This document shows, piece by piece, positions 27,481 to 39,900 of a stretch of 64,000 nucleotides of DNA (within the stretch, counting starts at the first letter, position 1; every line of letters starts with the position of its first letter). The notes beneath the pieces are model-generated. The model saw nothing but the letters and a program-made list of their open reading frames with translations, made no database searches and was not told the origin of the DNA. Made by a program: the position numbers and the translations under genes. Where the stretch lies: positions 140,988,001 through 141,052,000 of the forward strand of contig OZ024740.1 in the NCBI GenBank assembly GCA_964016885.1, in the 5' to 3' direction. The DNA is from Eledone cirrhosa. Lineage: Eukaryota.

Positions 27481-28218
27481 AAAGAATTAGTATATCTACC
27501 AACATATGTATACAGATGCATACCTATGCTAACAAATATATATGTTTTGTCTTAGTAACTTTGCGGTTCTATGCAAGGGGATGCAGAACAATTATATGAA
27601 AGACGTAAACAAGCAAATTATGAAAATCGACTTACTTACTAAAATTTAACTCCAACTAATTAGTTTCTGTAAGGGAATAAATATGGTTACGGAGCGTATC
27701 CACAGAGAAACCTTACGTCATCAGGGAGTCTATTCTCAGCTAAGCTTCCAGGCAATGCGAGGACACTGGGAATTTATATAAAAATAATTCAGTGGATGGA
27801 AAAAAGCGAGCGGGGACTAAATTCCAAGACATTGAAAAAATTCACTGCTTACTTGGTCAGTGGCAAATTCAAAAAAATCAATCACGTGATACTGATGTTA
27901 ATCAGTGAGGAGTGGGTGCTATTAAGACAAGGGCCTAGCCACTACCATGAACCATAACAGTAATTTCGGCAAGTTTTGCTCAACAAATAATTTGGAGGTA
28001 ATTATAAAGAATTAGTATATCTACCAACATATGTATACAGATACATACCTATGCTAGCAAATATATATGTTTTGTCTTAGTAACTTTGCGGTTCTATGCA
28101 AGGGGATGCAGAACAATTATATGAAAGACGTAAATAAGAAAATTATGAAAATAGTTGGAGTGAAATTTTAGTAAGTAAGTCGATTTTCATAATTTTCTTG
28201 TTTACGTATTTCATATAT
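27481..28218 (-). mobile_element. Non-coding Penelope-like unit: ~150-bp direct repeats ~525 bp apart plus inverted terminal segment
   Basis: 27481-27626 is repeated at 28006-28151, and 28152-28218 is the reverse complement of ~27593-27660. Confidence 0.7.
27649..27729 (-). ncRNA. Hammerhead ribozyme motif with extended stem II
   Basis: Minus strand: actcc CTGATGA cgtaagg...ccttaca GAAA ctaattag TT ggagt. It has a 5-bp stem I and a palindromic stem III (ACTAATTAGT). Confidence 0.75.
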
Positions 28219-28516
28219 ATATGTATATATATATATGTGTGTGTATGTATATATACATGTGTGTGTATGTATACGGGTGAAGGCGGGTGGCACATGGGTT
28301 AGAGTGTTCGGCTTACGACCGTAAGGTCGTGAGTTCGATTCCGGCGGTGTCTTCTATCCTTGAACAACTGGTAAACTCTTCCCCCTTCCTCTCTCACTAT
28401 ACTGTTCCGTTTGTCCCCTCACCTTCTGATTCCTCTCTCTCTATACTAGTAAATACAATTCCAAGTAAATGTTTTTCTCTATATAATAAGAATTATTTCA
28501 AGAGTAACTTACTCAC

Positions 28517-28618
28517 TATTTTGAAAATTTGGACTGTGAACAACAATTATAATTGAGTGGCTGCTATTTGCAGTATAGCAATATAAGGTTGCACTTACCA
28601 ATGAAACGGTCGTAAATA
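28517..28618 (+). ncRNA. Candidate hammerhead with U3:A8 core and extended stem II
   Basis: tatt TTGAAAA tttgg...ccaat GAAA cggtcg TA aata. Downstream 28611-28668 is the inverse of 27401-27457. Confidence 0.45.
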
Positions 28619-28675
28619 CCTGGATAAAATCCTTCTCTTAATGCTTACCTGTGTTTTCTCTTTTATACTATATAT

Positions 28676-28709
<34 letters not shown>

Positions 28710-28899
28710 GCATATGCAGGTATGTGTGAAAGGGTTGGTGGGTATGTGCTTCTACACTTAGTAAATGGAAATGAGCACGTTAATTATGTGCAACAATTCT
28801 GGCTTAGCTTCGTTTTGTTTATTTGCGGGATGTTCTCGCTTAATATAAACTCATTAGTAAATTACTTAGTGTATAATTATATAAGTGCACAGACATACG

Positions 28900-28904
28900 C
28901 GTGC

Positions 28905-28935
<31 letters not shown>

Positions 28936-29536
28936 CTTATATACACATACACACATATATATATATACACACACACACAGACATACATATATATACACAC
29001 ATACATATATAAACACACACATATATATATATATATACACCAACACATACATATATATACACACATACATATATATACACACACATACATATATACACAC
29101 ACACATACATACATATATATATACACACATACATACATATACACACATGCACACATATATATACACACATATATACATACATACACATGCATACATATAT
29201 ATACATACACATGCATATATACATACATATACATATATATACATACACATATATACATATATATACATACACATTTATACATATATATACATACACATAT
29301 ATACATATACATACATACATACACATATATACATATACATACACATATATACATACACATATATACATATATACATACATACACAGACATATAAACATAC
29401 ATAATATATATACATACATACACATATACATACACATATATATACACATACACATATATATACATATACATACATATATATATATATACATATATACATA
29501 TATACATATATATATACATATATATAAATATACATA

Positions 29537-29596
<60 letters not shown>

Positions 29597-29631
29597 GATA
29601 TATATGTATATATATATATATATGCATGCCA

Positions 29632-29695
<64 letters not shown>

Positions 29696-29700
29696 GCATG

Positions 29701-29748
<48 letters not shown>

Positions 29749-29757
29749 CATACACAC

Positions 29758-29806
<49 letters not shown>

Positions 29807-30033
29807 CATACACACATATATATATACATATATATATACATATATATATACATATATATACATACATATATATATACATATATATACATATATATATATA
29901 TATACATATATATACATACACATATATACATACACATATAAACATACACACATATATATATACATATATATACACATATATATATATATATACATATATA
30001 TATACATATATATATATATACATATATATATAC

Positions 30034-30064
<31 letters not shown>

Positions 30065-30397
30065 CATATATATACACATATATATATACATATGTATGTA
30101 TATATATATGTGTATATGTATGTATATATATATATGTGTATATGTATGTATATATATATATATGTATGTATATATGTATATATGTATATATATATATGTA
30201 TATATATGTATGTATATATATATATATATGTATATATATATGTATATATATGTATATATATATATATATATAGATATATATATAGATATATATATGTATA
30301 TATATATCTATATATATATATATATGTATATATATATGTATATATATATATATGTATATATATATATGCATATATATATACACATATTTATATATAA

Positions 30398-30432
<35 letters not shown>

Positions 30433-30465
30433 CGTATATATATATACACATATTTATATATAAAC

Positions 30466-30498
<33 letters not shown>

Positions 30499-30513
30499 CA
30501 TATATATATATAC

Positions 30514-30544
<31 letters not shown>

Positions 30545-30617
30545 CATATATATATACATATAAATATAGATATATACATATATATATACATATATATATA
30601 CATATATATATATATAC

Positions 30618-30654
<37 letters not shown>

Positions 30655-30667
30655 CATACATATATAC

Positions 30668-30756
<89 letters not shown>

Positions 30757-30835
30757 TATATACATACATATACACATATATATATATATATATATACATA
30801 CATATACACACATATATATATACATACATATACAC

Positions 30836-30911
<76 letters not shown>

Positions 30912-30988
30912 TTATATTTATATACATACATATATATATATACACACATATATATATATACATGTATATATATACATACATATATATG
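28900..30988. repeat. ~2.1 kb compound (TA/CA/CATA/TATG) microsatellite
   Basis: Directly visible. It generates the spurious YI/YT-rich ORFs in the track. Confidence 0.95.
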
Positions 30989-31261
30989 GTAAATTTCTTT
31001 AAGTCGTTTGGAAGCCTCGACAATGCAGATGGGTAAATCTCCGGGTAACAAGATCCGGTGGTGGAGAGAGAGATGTAAGTGGGTGTACGTTGAGATGCGT
31101 GGCGTGTATAAGACTGTAACGTGTAGAGGAATGAACGAAAGAGCGTAAAGGATAAAAATAAAAATAACAACACGAGAAAGAGTTACCTTGGGAGAGGTTC
31201 AATTGTCCCTATATATTTCGGATTCACATCCATCAACTGGGGTTTTTTCCGTGGGTGGGGT

Positions 31262-31800
31262 AACATAGACAACATAGAAATTAGAATAATATCTAAACAT
31301 AGAAATGACCCAGCAGATAGGCAAATCAGAGAGGCCACTGAAATAGAACTTAGAAGGCCAAGACTAAACAGAAAGAATGAATGGATTAACAACAACACCC
31401 AAACAAACAACACTGACCTAAGAGAAGTATAAATAAATGGATAAATAAATAAATACATACACAAGCACAATAACAACAAACACATATAAACACACACTAG
31501 TCACCCAATCACGAACACACATCAAACAAAACACTATACACACACGCAAACGCATGCGCAAAGAAGACAAAATAAAATAAACAAACAAACAATTAAATAA
31601 ATAAATATATAGACAGACTAAATAAAAATGGCGTAGACATACAATGTAACGGGAGGAAACAATAGCACCACTGACGATGTTGCAGATGTGCAACGAAAGA
31701 ACTTTGATAAACTATATATATGTGTTTGTGTCTATATTGTATCTGTATTATTTTTGACCGTCGGTCAGTCAATGGCAACATTGAGGACCGAATAAATTAG
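31262..31800 (+). mobile_element. Penelope-like 3' end: GIY-YIG C-terminus, 3' UTR and hammerhead
   Basis: 31262-31432 translates as NIDNIEIRIISKHRNDPADRQIREATEIELRRPRLNRKNEW...*, with the R-x-I-x-EA and P-x-LN motifs of PLE endonucleases. A hammerhead follows at 31667. Confidence 0.75.
31667..31708 (+). ncRNA. Minimal hammerhead ribozyme in Penelope 3' UTR/pLTR
   Basis: acca CTGACGA t gttgca-gatg-tgcaac GAAA gaac TT tgat. Stem II is a perfect 6 bp; stem I is weak. Confidence 0.7.
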
Positions 31801-31980
31801 ATTACCGATATAAAAGCCACAGAAGCGAAAAGCGAAAACCAACCAAACAGTGAGTGTGTTCTGTTATTAATTCTGGCAATGTTACACAAATATGACCCTC
31901 CCCAAGTATAACAATATTTGTTTCGACACACGATTTCATATAAAAAACCTCGCAAAACTAATATATATATATATATATAC

Positions 31981-32908
31981 ATAATGGAAAGCATCCAGCA
32001 AATAGCTAACTCCATCCACCAGAGCATTAGGGTTACTATAGACTACCCAAGTAAACCATCGATTACCTGTACTAGACACAGAGCTCTGGTTAGATACCAT
32101 TAATAATAAAAAACAAATCCTCCATTCCCATTATGCCAAACCCATGACTTCCAAATATCTGATCCACCGAAACTCGGCCGTTTCGGACCATACCAAAATC
32201 AACATACTGATTGCGGATTTGGTACGGGTGATGAGAAACGTGTCCCGCATGTGCAACCCCGAAGAACTAGAGAGACACATACAACACTTCATCCACCGTA
32301 TGCAGTTCTCTGGCTACAATCAGAGAGATAAAATCAGAGTGTATAAAGGAGCCAGAACCAAATGGGAAAAAATGGTAAATAATGACATAAATGGGACCTG
32401 CCCCTTGTATAGGAGCAAATTTTGGAATAGAATAGAAAGAACTAGGAACAAGGCTAATAGAATAAACTCATGGTATGATAGCAATAAATACCAGAGTGTA
32501 ATGTTCATCGATACAACCCCTAGAGGTGAATTAGCTTACAAATTTAGAAGGGCCCTAAATAAACATAAACTCAATATTAAGATAGTAGAAAGACCAGGTA
32601 CCTCCGTAAAAACACTCATTAGCAAGACATACCCTTTTCAAAGACCCTCATGTATAGATAAGAAATGTATAACCTGTAAAATAAGCCCCCATATTAACTG
32701 TAAAACTAGAAATGTAGTGTATAGCATAAGATGTACCGAAGGACAATGTAGAGACAAAAATATAGTGTACATAGGTGAGACAGCTCGTAGTGTAGGAGAA
32801 CGGATAAATGAACACTGGCGAGACCTTCAAGATAGTAAAGAATCATCTGTACTCTACCAACATGCTAAAATAGAACACAAGGGTAAACTAGAGAACATAG
32901 AAATAATA
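31981..32908 (+). mobile_element. Penelope-like element fragment: RT thumb, Cys-rich linker and GIY-YIG endonuclease
   Basis: LPVLDTEL...[17 protein letters not shown] (RT C-terminus), [22 protein letters not shown], and [16 protein letters not shown]...SVLYQH. One frameshift near 32075; truncated at both ends. Confidence 0.9.
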
Positions 32909-32952
32909 TATACATTTACTCGTTGTAACCCAACAATTTTAAATAAAACTTT

Positions 32953-33647
<695 letters not shown>

Positions 33648-33929
33648 ACAAAACAACCCAAGAACAATACATAAACTCTCTTTAAGAAAATAAATAAATC
33701 AATACATAAATAAATAAATAAATATCGATCTGCAGCTTCGATTTGGATGAAGTATGGTGAAGAGGGAGGGGGAGAAATAAATTATAATAATGTTTATACT
33801 CTAGTTATTTGTGGTGGTGCATGGTACTGGTTGTGTTGTTGGTGTTGGGGTTGTTATTGGGGTTGTTGTTGGTGGCGGTGCAGTGGTTGTTGGTGGTGGT
33901 GTAGGGTGATCGTGGCTGTGTTGTTGTTA

Positions 33930-36900
33930 GTGGTGGTGGTGTTGGTATTGTTGTTGGTGGTGTTGTTCTTGTTGGTGGTGTTGTTGGTGGTAGGGTTGTT
34001 GGTGTTGGTGGTGTTGGTGGTATTGTTGGTGGTAGGGTTGTTGGTGTTGGTGGTGTTGGTGGTGTTGGTGGTAGGGTTGTTGGTACTGGTGGTGTTGGTG
34101 GTGTTGTTGGTGGTAGGGTTGTTGGTGTTGGTGGTGTTGGTGGTGTTGTTGGTGGTAGGGTTGTTGGTGTTGGTGGTGTTGGTGGTATTGTTGGTGGTAG
34201 GGTTGTTGGTGTTGGTGGTGTTGGTGGTGTTGGTGGTAGGGTTGTTGGTACTGGTGGTGTTGGTGGTAGTGTTGGTGGTAGGGTTGTTGGTGTTGGTGGT
34301 GTTGGTGGTGTTGTTGGTGGTAGGCTTGTTGGTGTTGGTGGTGTTGGTGGTATTGTTGGTGGTAGGGTTGTTGGTGTTGGTGGTGTTGGTGGTGTTGGTG
34401 GTAGGGTTGTTGGTACTGGTGGTGTTGGTGGTAGTGTTGGTGGTAGGGTTGTTGGTGTTGGTGGTGTTGGTGGTGTTGTTGGTGGTAGGCTTGTTGGTGT
34501 TGCTGGTGTTGGTGGTGTTGTTGGTGTTGTTGGTGGTAGGGTTGTTGGTGTTGCTGGTGTTGGTGGTGTTGTTGGTGTTGGTGGTGTTGTTGGTGTTGTT
34601 GGTGGTAGGGTTGTTGGTGTTGCTGGTGTTGGTGGTGTTGTTGGTGTTGTTGGTGGTAGGGTTGGTGGTGTTGTTGGTGTTGGTGGTGTTGTTGATGGTA
34701 GGGTTGTTGGTGTTGGTGGTGTTGGTGGTATTGTTGGTGGTAGGGTTGTTGGTGTTGGTGGTGTTGGTGGTGTTGGTGGTAGGGTTGTTGGTGTTGGTGG
34801 TGTTGGTGGTGTTGTTGATGGTAGGGTTGTTGGTGTTGGTGGTGTTGGTGGTGTTGTTGGTGGTAGGGTTGTTGGTGTTGGTGGTGTTGGTGGTGTTGTT
34901 GATGGTAGGGTTGTTGGTGTTGGTGGTGTTGGTGGTATTGTTGGTGGTAGGGTTGTTGGTGTTGGTGGTGTTGGTGGTGTTGTTGATGGTAGGGTTGTTG
35001 GTGTTGGTGGTGTTGGTGGTGTTGTTGGTGGTAGGGTTGTTGGTGTTGGTGGTGTTGGTGGTGTTGTTGGTGGTAGGGTTGTTGGTGTTGGTGGTGTTGG
35101 TGGTGTTGTTGGTGGTAGGGTTGTTGGTGTTGCTGGTGTTGGTGGTGTTGTTGGTGTTGGTAGGGTTGTTGGTGTTGGTGGTGTTGGTGGTGTTGTTGAT
35201 GGTAGGGTTGTTGGTGTTGGTGGTGTTGGTGGTGTTGTTGATGGTAGGGTTGTTGGTGTTGGTGGTGTTGGTGGTATTGTTGGTGGTAGGGTTGTTGGTG
35301 TTGGTGGTGTTGGTGGTATTGTTGGTGGTAGGGTTGTTGGTGTTGGTGGTGTTGGTGGTGTTGTTGGTGGTAGGGTTGTTGGTGTTGGTGGTGTTGGTGG
35401 TATTGTTGGTGGTAGGGTTGTTGGTGTTGGTGGTGTTGGTGGTATTGTTGGTGGTAGGGTTGTTGGTGTTGGTGGTGTTGGTGGTATTGTTGGTGGTAGG
35501 GTTGTTGGTGTTGGTGGTGTTGGTGGTGTTGTTGGTGGTAGGGTTGTTGGTGTTGGTGGTGTTGGTGGTATTGTTGGTGGTAGGGTTGTTGGTGTTGGTG
35601 GTGTTGGTGGTATTGTTGGTGGTAGGGTTGTTGGTGTTGGTGGTGTTGGTGGTGTTGTTGGTGGTAGGGTTGTTGGTGTTGGTGGTGTTGGTGGTATTGT
35701 TGGTGGTAGGGTTGTTGGTGTTGGTGGTGTTGGTGGTATTGTTGGTGGTAGGGTTGTTGGTGTTGGTGGTGTTGGTGGTGTTGTTGATGGTAGGGTTGTT
35801 GGTGTTGGTGGTGTTGGTGGTATTGTTGGTGGTAGGGTTGTTGGTGTTGGTGGTGTTGGTGGTGTTGTGGGTGGTAGGGTTGTTGGTGTTGGTGGTGTTG
35901 GTGGTATTGTTGGTGGTAGGGTTGTTGGTGTTGGTGGTGTTGGTGGTGTTGGTGGTAGGGTTGTTGGTACTGGTGGTGTTGGTGGTAGTGTTGGTGGTAG
36001 GGTTGTTGGTGTTGGTGGTGTTGGTGGTGTTGTTGGTGGTAGGGTTGTTGGTGTTGGTGGTGTTGGTGGTGTTGTTGATGGTAGGGTTGTTGGTGTTGGT
36101 GGTGTTGGTGGTATTGTTGGTGGTAGGGTTGTTGGTGTTGGTGGTGTTGGTGGTGTTGTTGATGGTAGGGTTGTTGGTGTTGGTGGTGTTGGTGGTAGTG
36201 TTGGTGGTAGGGTTGTTGGTGTTGGTGGTGTTGGTGGTATTGTTGATGGTAGGGTTGTTGGTGTTGGTGGTGTTGGTGGTGTTGTTGGTGGTAGGCTTGT
36301 TGGTGTTGGTGGTGTTGGTGGTATTGTTGGTGGTAGGGTTGTTGGTGTTGGTGGTGTTGGTGGTGTTGTTGATGGTAGGGTTGTTGGTGTTGGTGGTGTT
36401 GGTGGTATTGTTGGTGGTAGGGTTGTTGGTGTTGGTGGTGTTGGTGGTGTTGTTGATGGTAGGGTTGTTGGTGTTGCTGGTGTTGGTGGTGTTGTTGGTG
36501 GTAGGGTTGTTGGTGTTGGTGGTGTTGGTGGTAGTGTTGGTGGTAGGGTTGTTGGTGTTGGTGGTGTTGGTGGTATTGTTGGTGGTAGGGTTGTTGGTGT
36601 TGCTGGTGTTGGTGGTGTTGTTGGTGGTAGGGTTGTTGGTGTTGGTGGTGTTGGTGGTAGTGTTGGTGGTAGGGTTGTTGGTGTTGGTGGTGTTGGTGGT
36701 ATTGTTGATGGTAGGGTTGTTGGTGTTGGTGGTGTTGGTGGTGTTGTTGGTGGTAGGCTTGTTGGTGTTGGTGGTGTTGGTGGTATTGTTGGTGGTAGGG
36801 TTGTTGGTGTTGGTGGTGTTGGTGGTGTTGTTGATGGTAGGGTTGTTGGTGTTGGTGGTGTTGGTGGTATTGTTGGTGGTAGGGTTGTTGGTGTTGGTGG

Positions 36901-39900
36901 TGTTGGTGGTGTTGTTGATGGTAGGGTTGTTGGTGTTGGTGGTGTTGGTGGTAGTGTTGGTGGTAGGGTTGTTGGTGTTGGTGGTGTTGGTGGTATTGTT
37001 GATGGTAGGGTTGTTGGTGTTGGTGGTGTTGGTGGTGTTGTTGGTGGTAGGCTTGTTGGTGTTGGTGGTGTTGGTGGTATTGTTGGTGGTAGGGTTGTTG
37101 GTGTTGGTGGTGTTGGTGGTGTTGTTGATGGTAGGGTTGTTGGTGTTGGTGGTGTTGGTGGTATTGTTGGTGGTAGGGTTGTTGGTGTTGGTGGTGTTGG
37201 TGGTGTTGTTGGTGGTAGGGTTGTTGGTGTTGGTGGTGTTGGTGGTATTGTTGGTGGTAGGGTTGTTGGTGTTGGTGGTGTTGGTGGTGTTGGTGGTAGG
37301 GTTGTTGGTACTGGTGGTGTTGGTGGTGTTGTTGGTGGTAGGGTTGTTGGTGTTGGTGGTGTTGGTGGTGTTGTTGGTGGTAGGGTTGTTGGTGTTGGTG
37401 GTGGTGGTGTTGGTGGTGTTGGTGGTAGGGTTGTTGGTGTTGGTGGTGTTGGTGGTATTGTTGGTGGTAGGGTTGTTGGTGTTGGTGGTGTTGGTGGTAT
37501 TGTTGGTGGTAGGGTTGTTGGTGTTGGTGGTGTTGGTGGTGTTGGTGGTAGGGTTGTTGGTACTGGTGGTGTTGGTGGTAGTGTTGGTGGTAGGGTTGTT
37601 GGTGTTGGTGGTGTTGGTGGTGTTGTTGGTGGTAGGGTTGTTGGTGTTGGTGGTGTTGGTGGTGTTGTTGATGGTAGGGTTGTTGGTGTTGGTGGTGTTG
37701 GTGGTATTGTTGGTGGTAGGGTTGTTGGTGTTGGTGGTGTTGGTGGTGTTGGTGGTAGGGTTGTTGGTACTGGTGGTGTTGGTGGTAGTGTTGGTGGTAG
37801 GGTTGTTGGTGTTGGTGGTGTTGGTGGTGTTGTTGGTGTTGTTGGTGGTAGGGTTGTTGGTGTTGCTGGTGTTGGTGGTGTTGTTGGTGGTAGGGTTGTT
37901 GGTGTTGCTGGTGTTGGTGGTGTTGTTGGTGGTAGGGTTGTTGGTGTTGGTGGTGTTGGTGGTATTGTTGGTGGTAGGGTTGTTGGTGTTGGTGGTGTTG
38001 GTGGTGTTGGTGGTAGGGTTGTTGGTACTGGTGGTGTTGGTGGTAGTGTTGGTGGTAGGGTTGTTGGTGTTGGTGGTGTTGGTGGTGTTGTTGGTGGTAG
38101 GCTTGTTGGTGTTGCTGGTGTTGGTGGTGTTGTTGGTGTTGTTGGTGGTAGGGTTGTTGGTGTTGCTGGTGTTGGTGGTGTTGTTGGTGGTAGGGTTGTT
38201 GGTGTTGCTGGTGTTGGTGGTATTGTTGGTGGTAGGGTTGTTGGTGTTGGTGGTGTTGGTGGTATTGTTGGTGGTAGGGTTGTTGGTGTTGGTGTTGTTG
38301 TTGGTGTTGTTGATGGTAGGGTTGTTGGTGTTGCTGGTGTTGTTGGTGTTGTTGGTGGTAGGGTTGTTGGTGTTGCTGGTGTTGGTGGTGTTGTTGATGG
38401 TAGGGTTGTTGGTGTTGGTGGTGTTGGTGGTGTTGTTGGTGGTAGGGTTGTTGGTGTTGGTGGTGTTGGTGGTGTTGTTGATGGTAGGGTTGTTGGTGTT
38501 GGTGGTGTTGGTGGTATTGTTGGTGGTAGGGTTGTTGGTGTTGGTGGTGTTGGTGGTGTTGGTGGTAGGGTTGTTGGAGTTGGTGGTGTTGGTGGTAGTG
38601 TTGGTGGTAGGGTTGTTGGTGTTGGTGGTGTTGGTGGTGTTGTTGGTGGTAGGGTTGTTGGTGTTGGTGGTGTTGGTGGTGTTGTTGATGGTAGGGTTGT
38701 TGGTGTTGGTGGTGTTGGTGGTATTGTTGGTGGTAGGGTTGTTGGTGTTGGTGGTGTTGGTGGTGTTGTTGATGGTAGGGTTGTTGGTGTTGCTGGTGTT
38801 GGTGGTGTTGTTGGTGGTAGGGTTGTTGGTGTTGGTGGTGTTGGTGGTAGTGTTGGTGGTAGGGTTGTTGGTGTTGGTGGTGTTGGTGGTATTGTTGGTG
38901 GTAGGGTTGTTGGTGTTGCTGGTGTTGGTGGTGTTGTTGGTGGTAGGGTTGTTGGTGTTGGTGGTGTTGGTGGTAGTGTTGGTGGTAGGGTTGTTGGTGT
39001 TGGTGGTGTTGGTGGTATTGTTGATGGTAGGGTTGTTGGTGTTGGTGGTGTTGGTGGTGTTGTTGGTGGTAGGCTTGTTGGTGTTGGTGGTGTTGGTGGT
39101 ATTGTTGGTGGTAGGGTTGTTGGTGTTGGTGGTGTTGGTGGTGTTGTTGATGGTAGGGTTGTTGGTGTTGGTGGTGTTGGTGGTATTGTTGGTGGTAGGG
39201 TTGTTGGTGTTGGTGGTGTTGGTGGTGTTGTTGATGGTAGGGTTGTTGGTGTTGGTGGTGTTGGTGGTAGTGTTGGTGGTAGGGTTGTTGGTGTTGGTGG
39301 TGTTGGTGGTATTGTTGATGGTAGGGTTGTTGGTGTTGGTGGTGTTGGTGGTGTTGTTGGTGGTAGGCTTGTTGGTGTTGGTGGTGTTGGTGGTATTGTT
39401 GGTGGTAGGGTTGTTGGTGTTGGTGGTGTTGGTGGTGTTGTTGATGGTAGGGTTGTTGGTGTTGGTGGTGTTGGTGGTATTGTTGGTGGTAGGGTTGTTG
39501 GTGTTGGTGGTGTTGGTGGTGTTGTTGGTGGTAGGGTTGTTGGTGTTGGTGGTGTTGGTGGTATTGTTGGTGGTAGGGTTGTTGGTGTTGGTGGTGTTGG
39601 TGGTGTTGGTGGTAGGGTTGTTGGTACTGGTGGTGTTGGTGGTGTTGTTGGTGGTAGGGTTGTTGGTGTTGGTGGTGTTGGTGGTGTTGTTGGTGGTAGG
39701 GTTGTTGGTGTTGGTGGTGGTGGTGTTGGTGGTGTTGGTGGTAGGGTTGTTGGTGTTGGTGGTGTTGGTGGTATTGTTGGTGGTAGGGTTGTTGGTGTTG
39801 GTGGTGTTGGTGGTATTGTTGGTGGTAGGGTTGTTGGTGTTGGTGGTGTTGGTGGTGTTGGTGGTAGGGTTGTTGGTACTGGTGGTGTTGGTGGTAGTGT

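Noticed and set aside
28641-31173. Many long YI/YT/CV-rich ORFs (also at 16.2-18.2, 21.0-21.3 and 32.9-33.7 kb)
   Set aside because: Translations of dinucleotide and tetranucleotide microsatellites.
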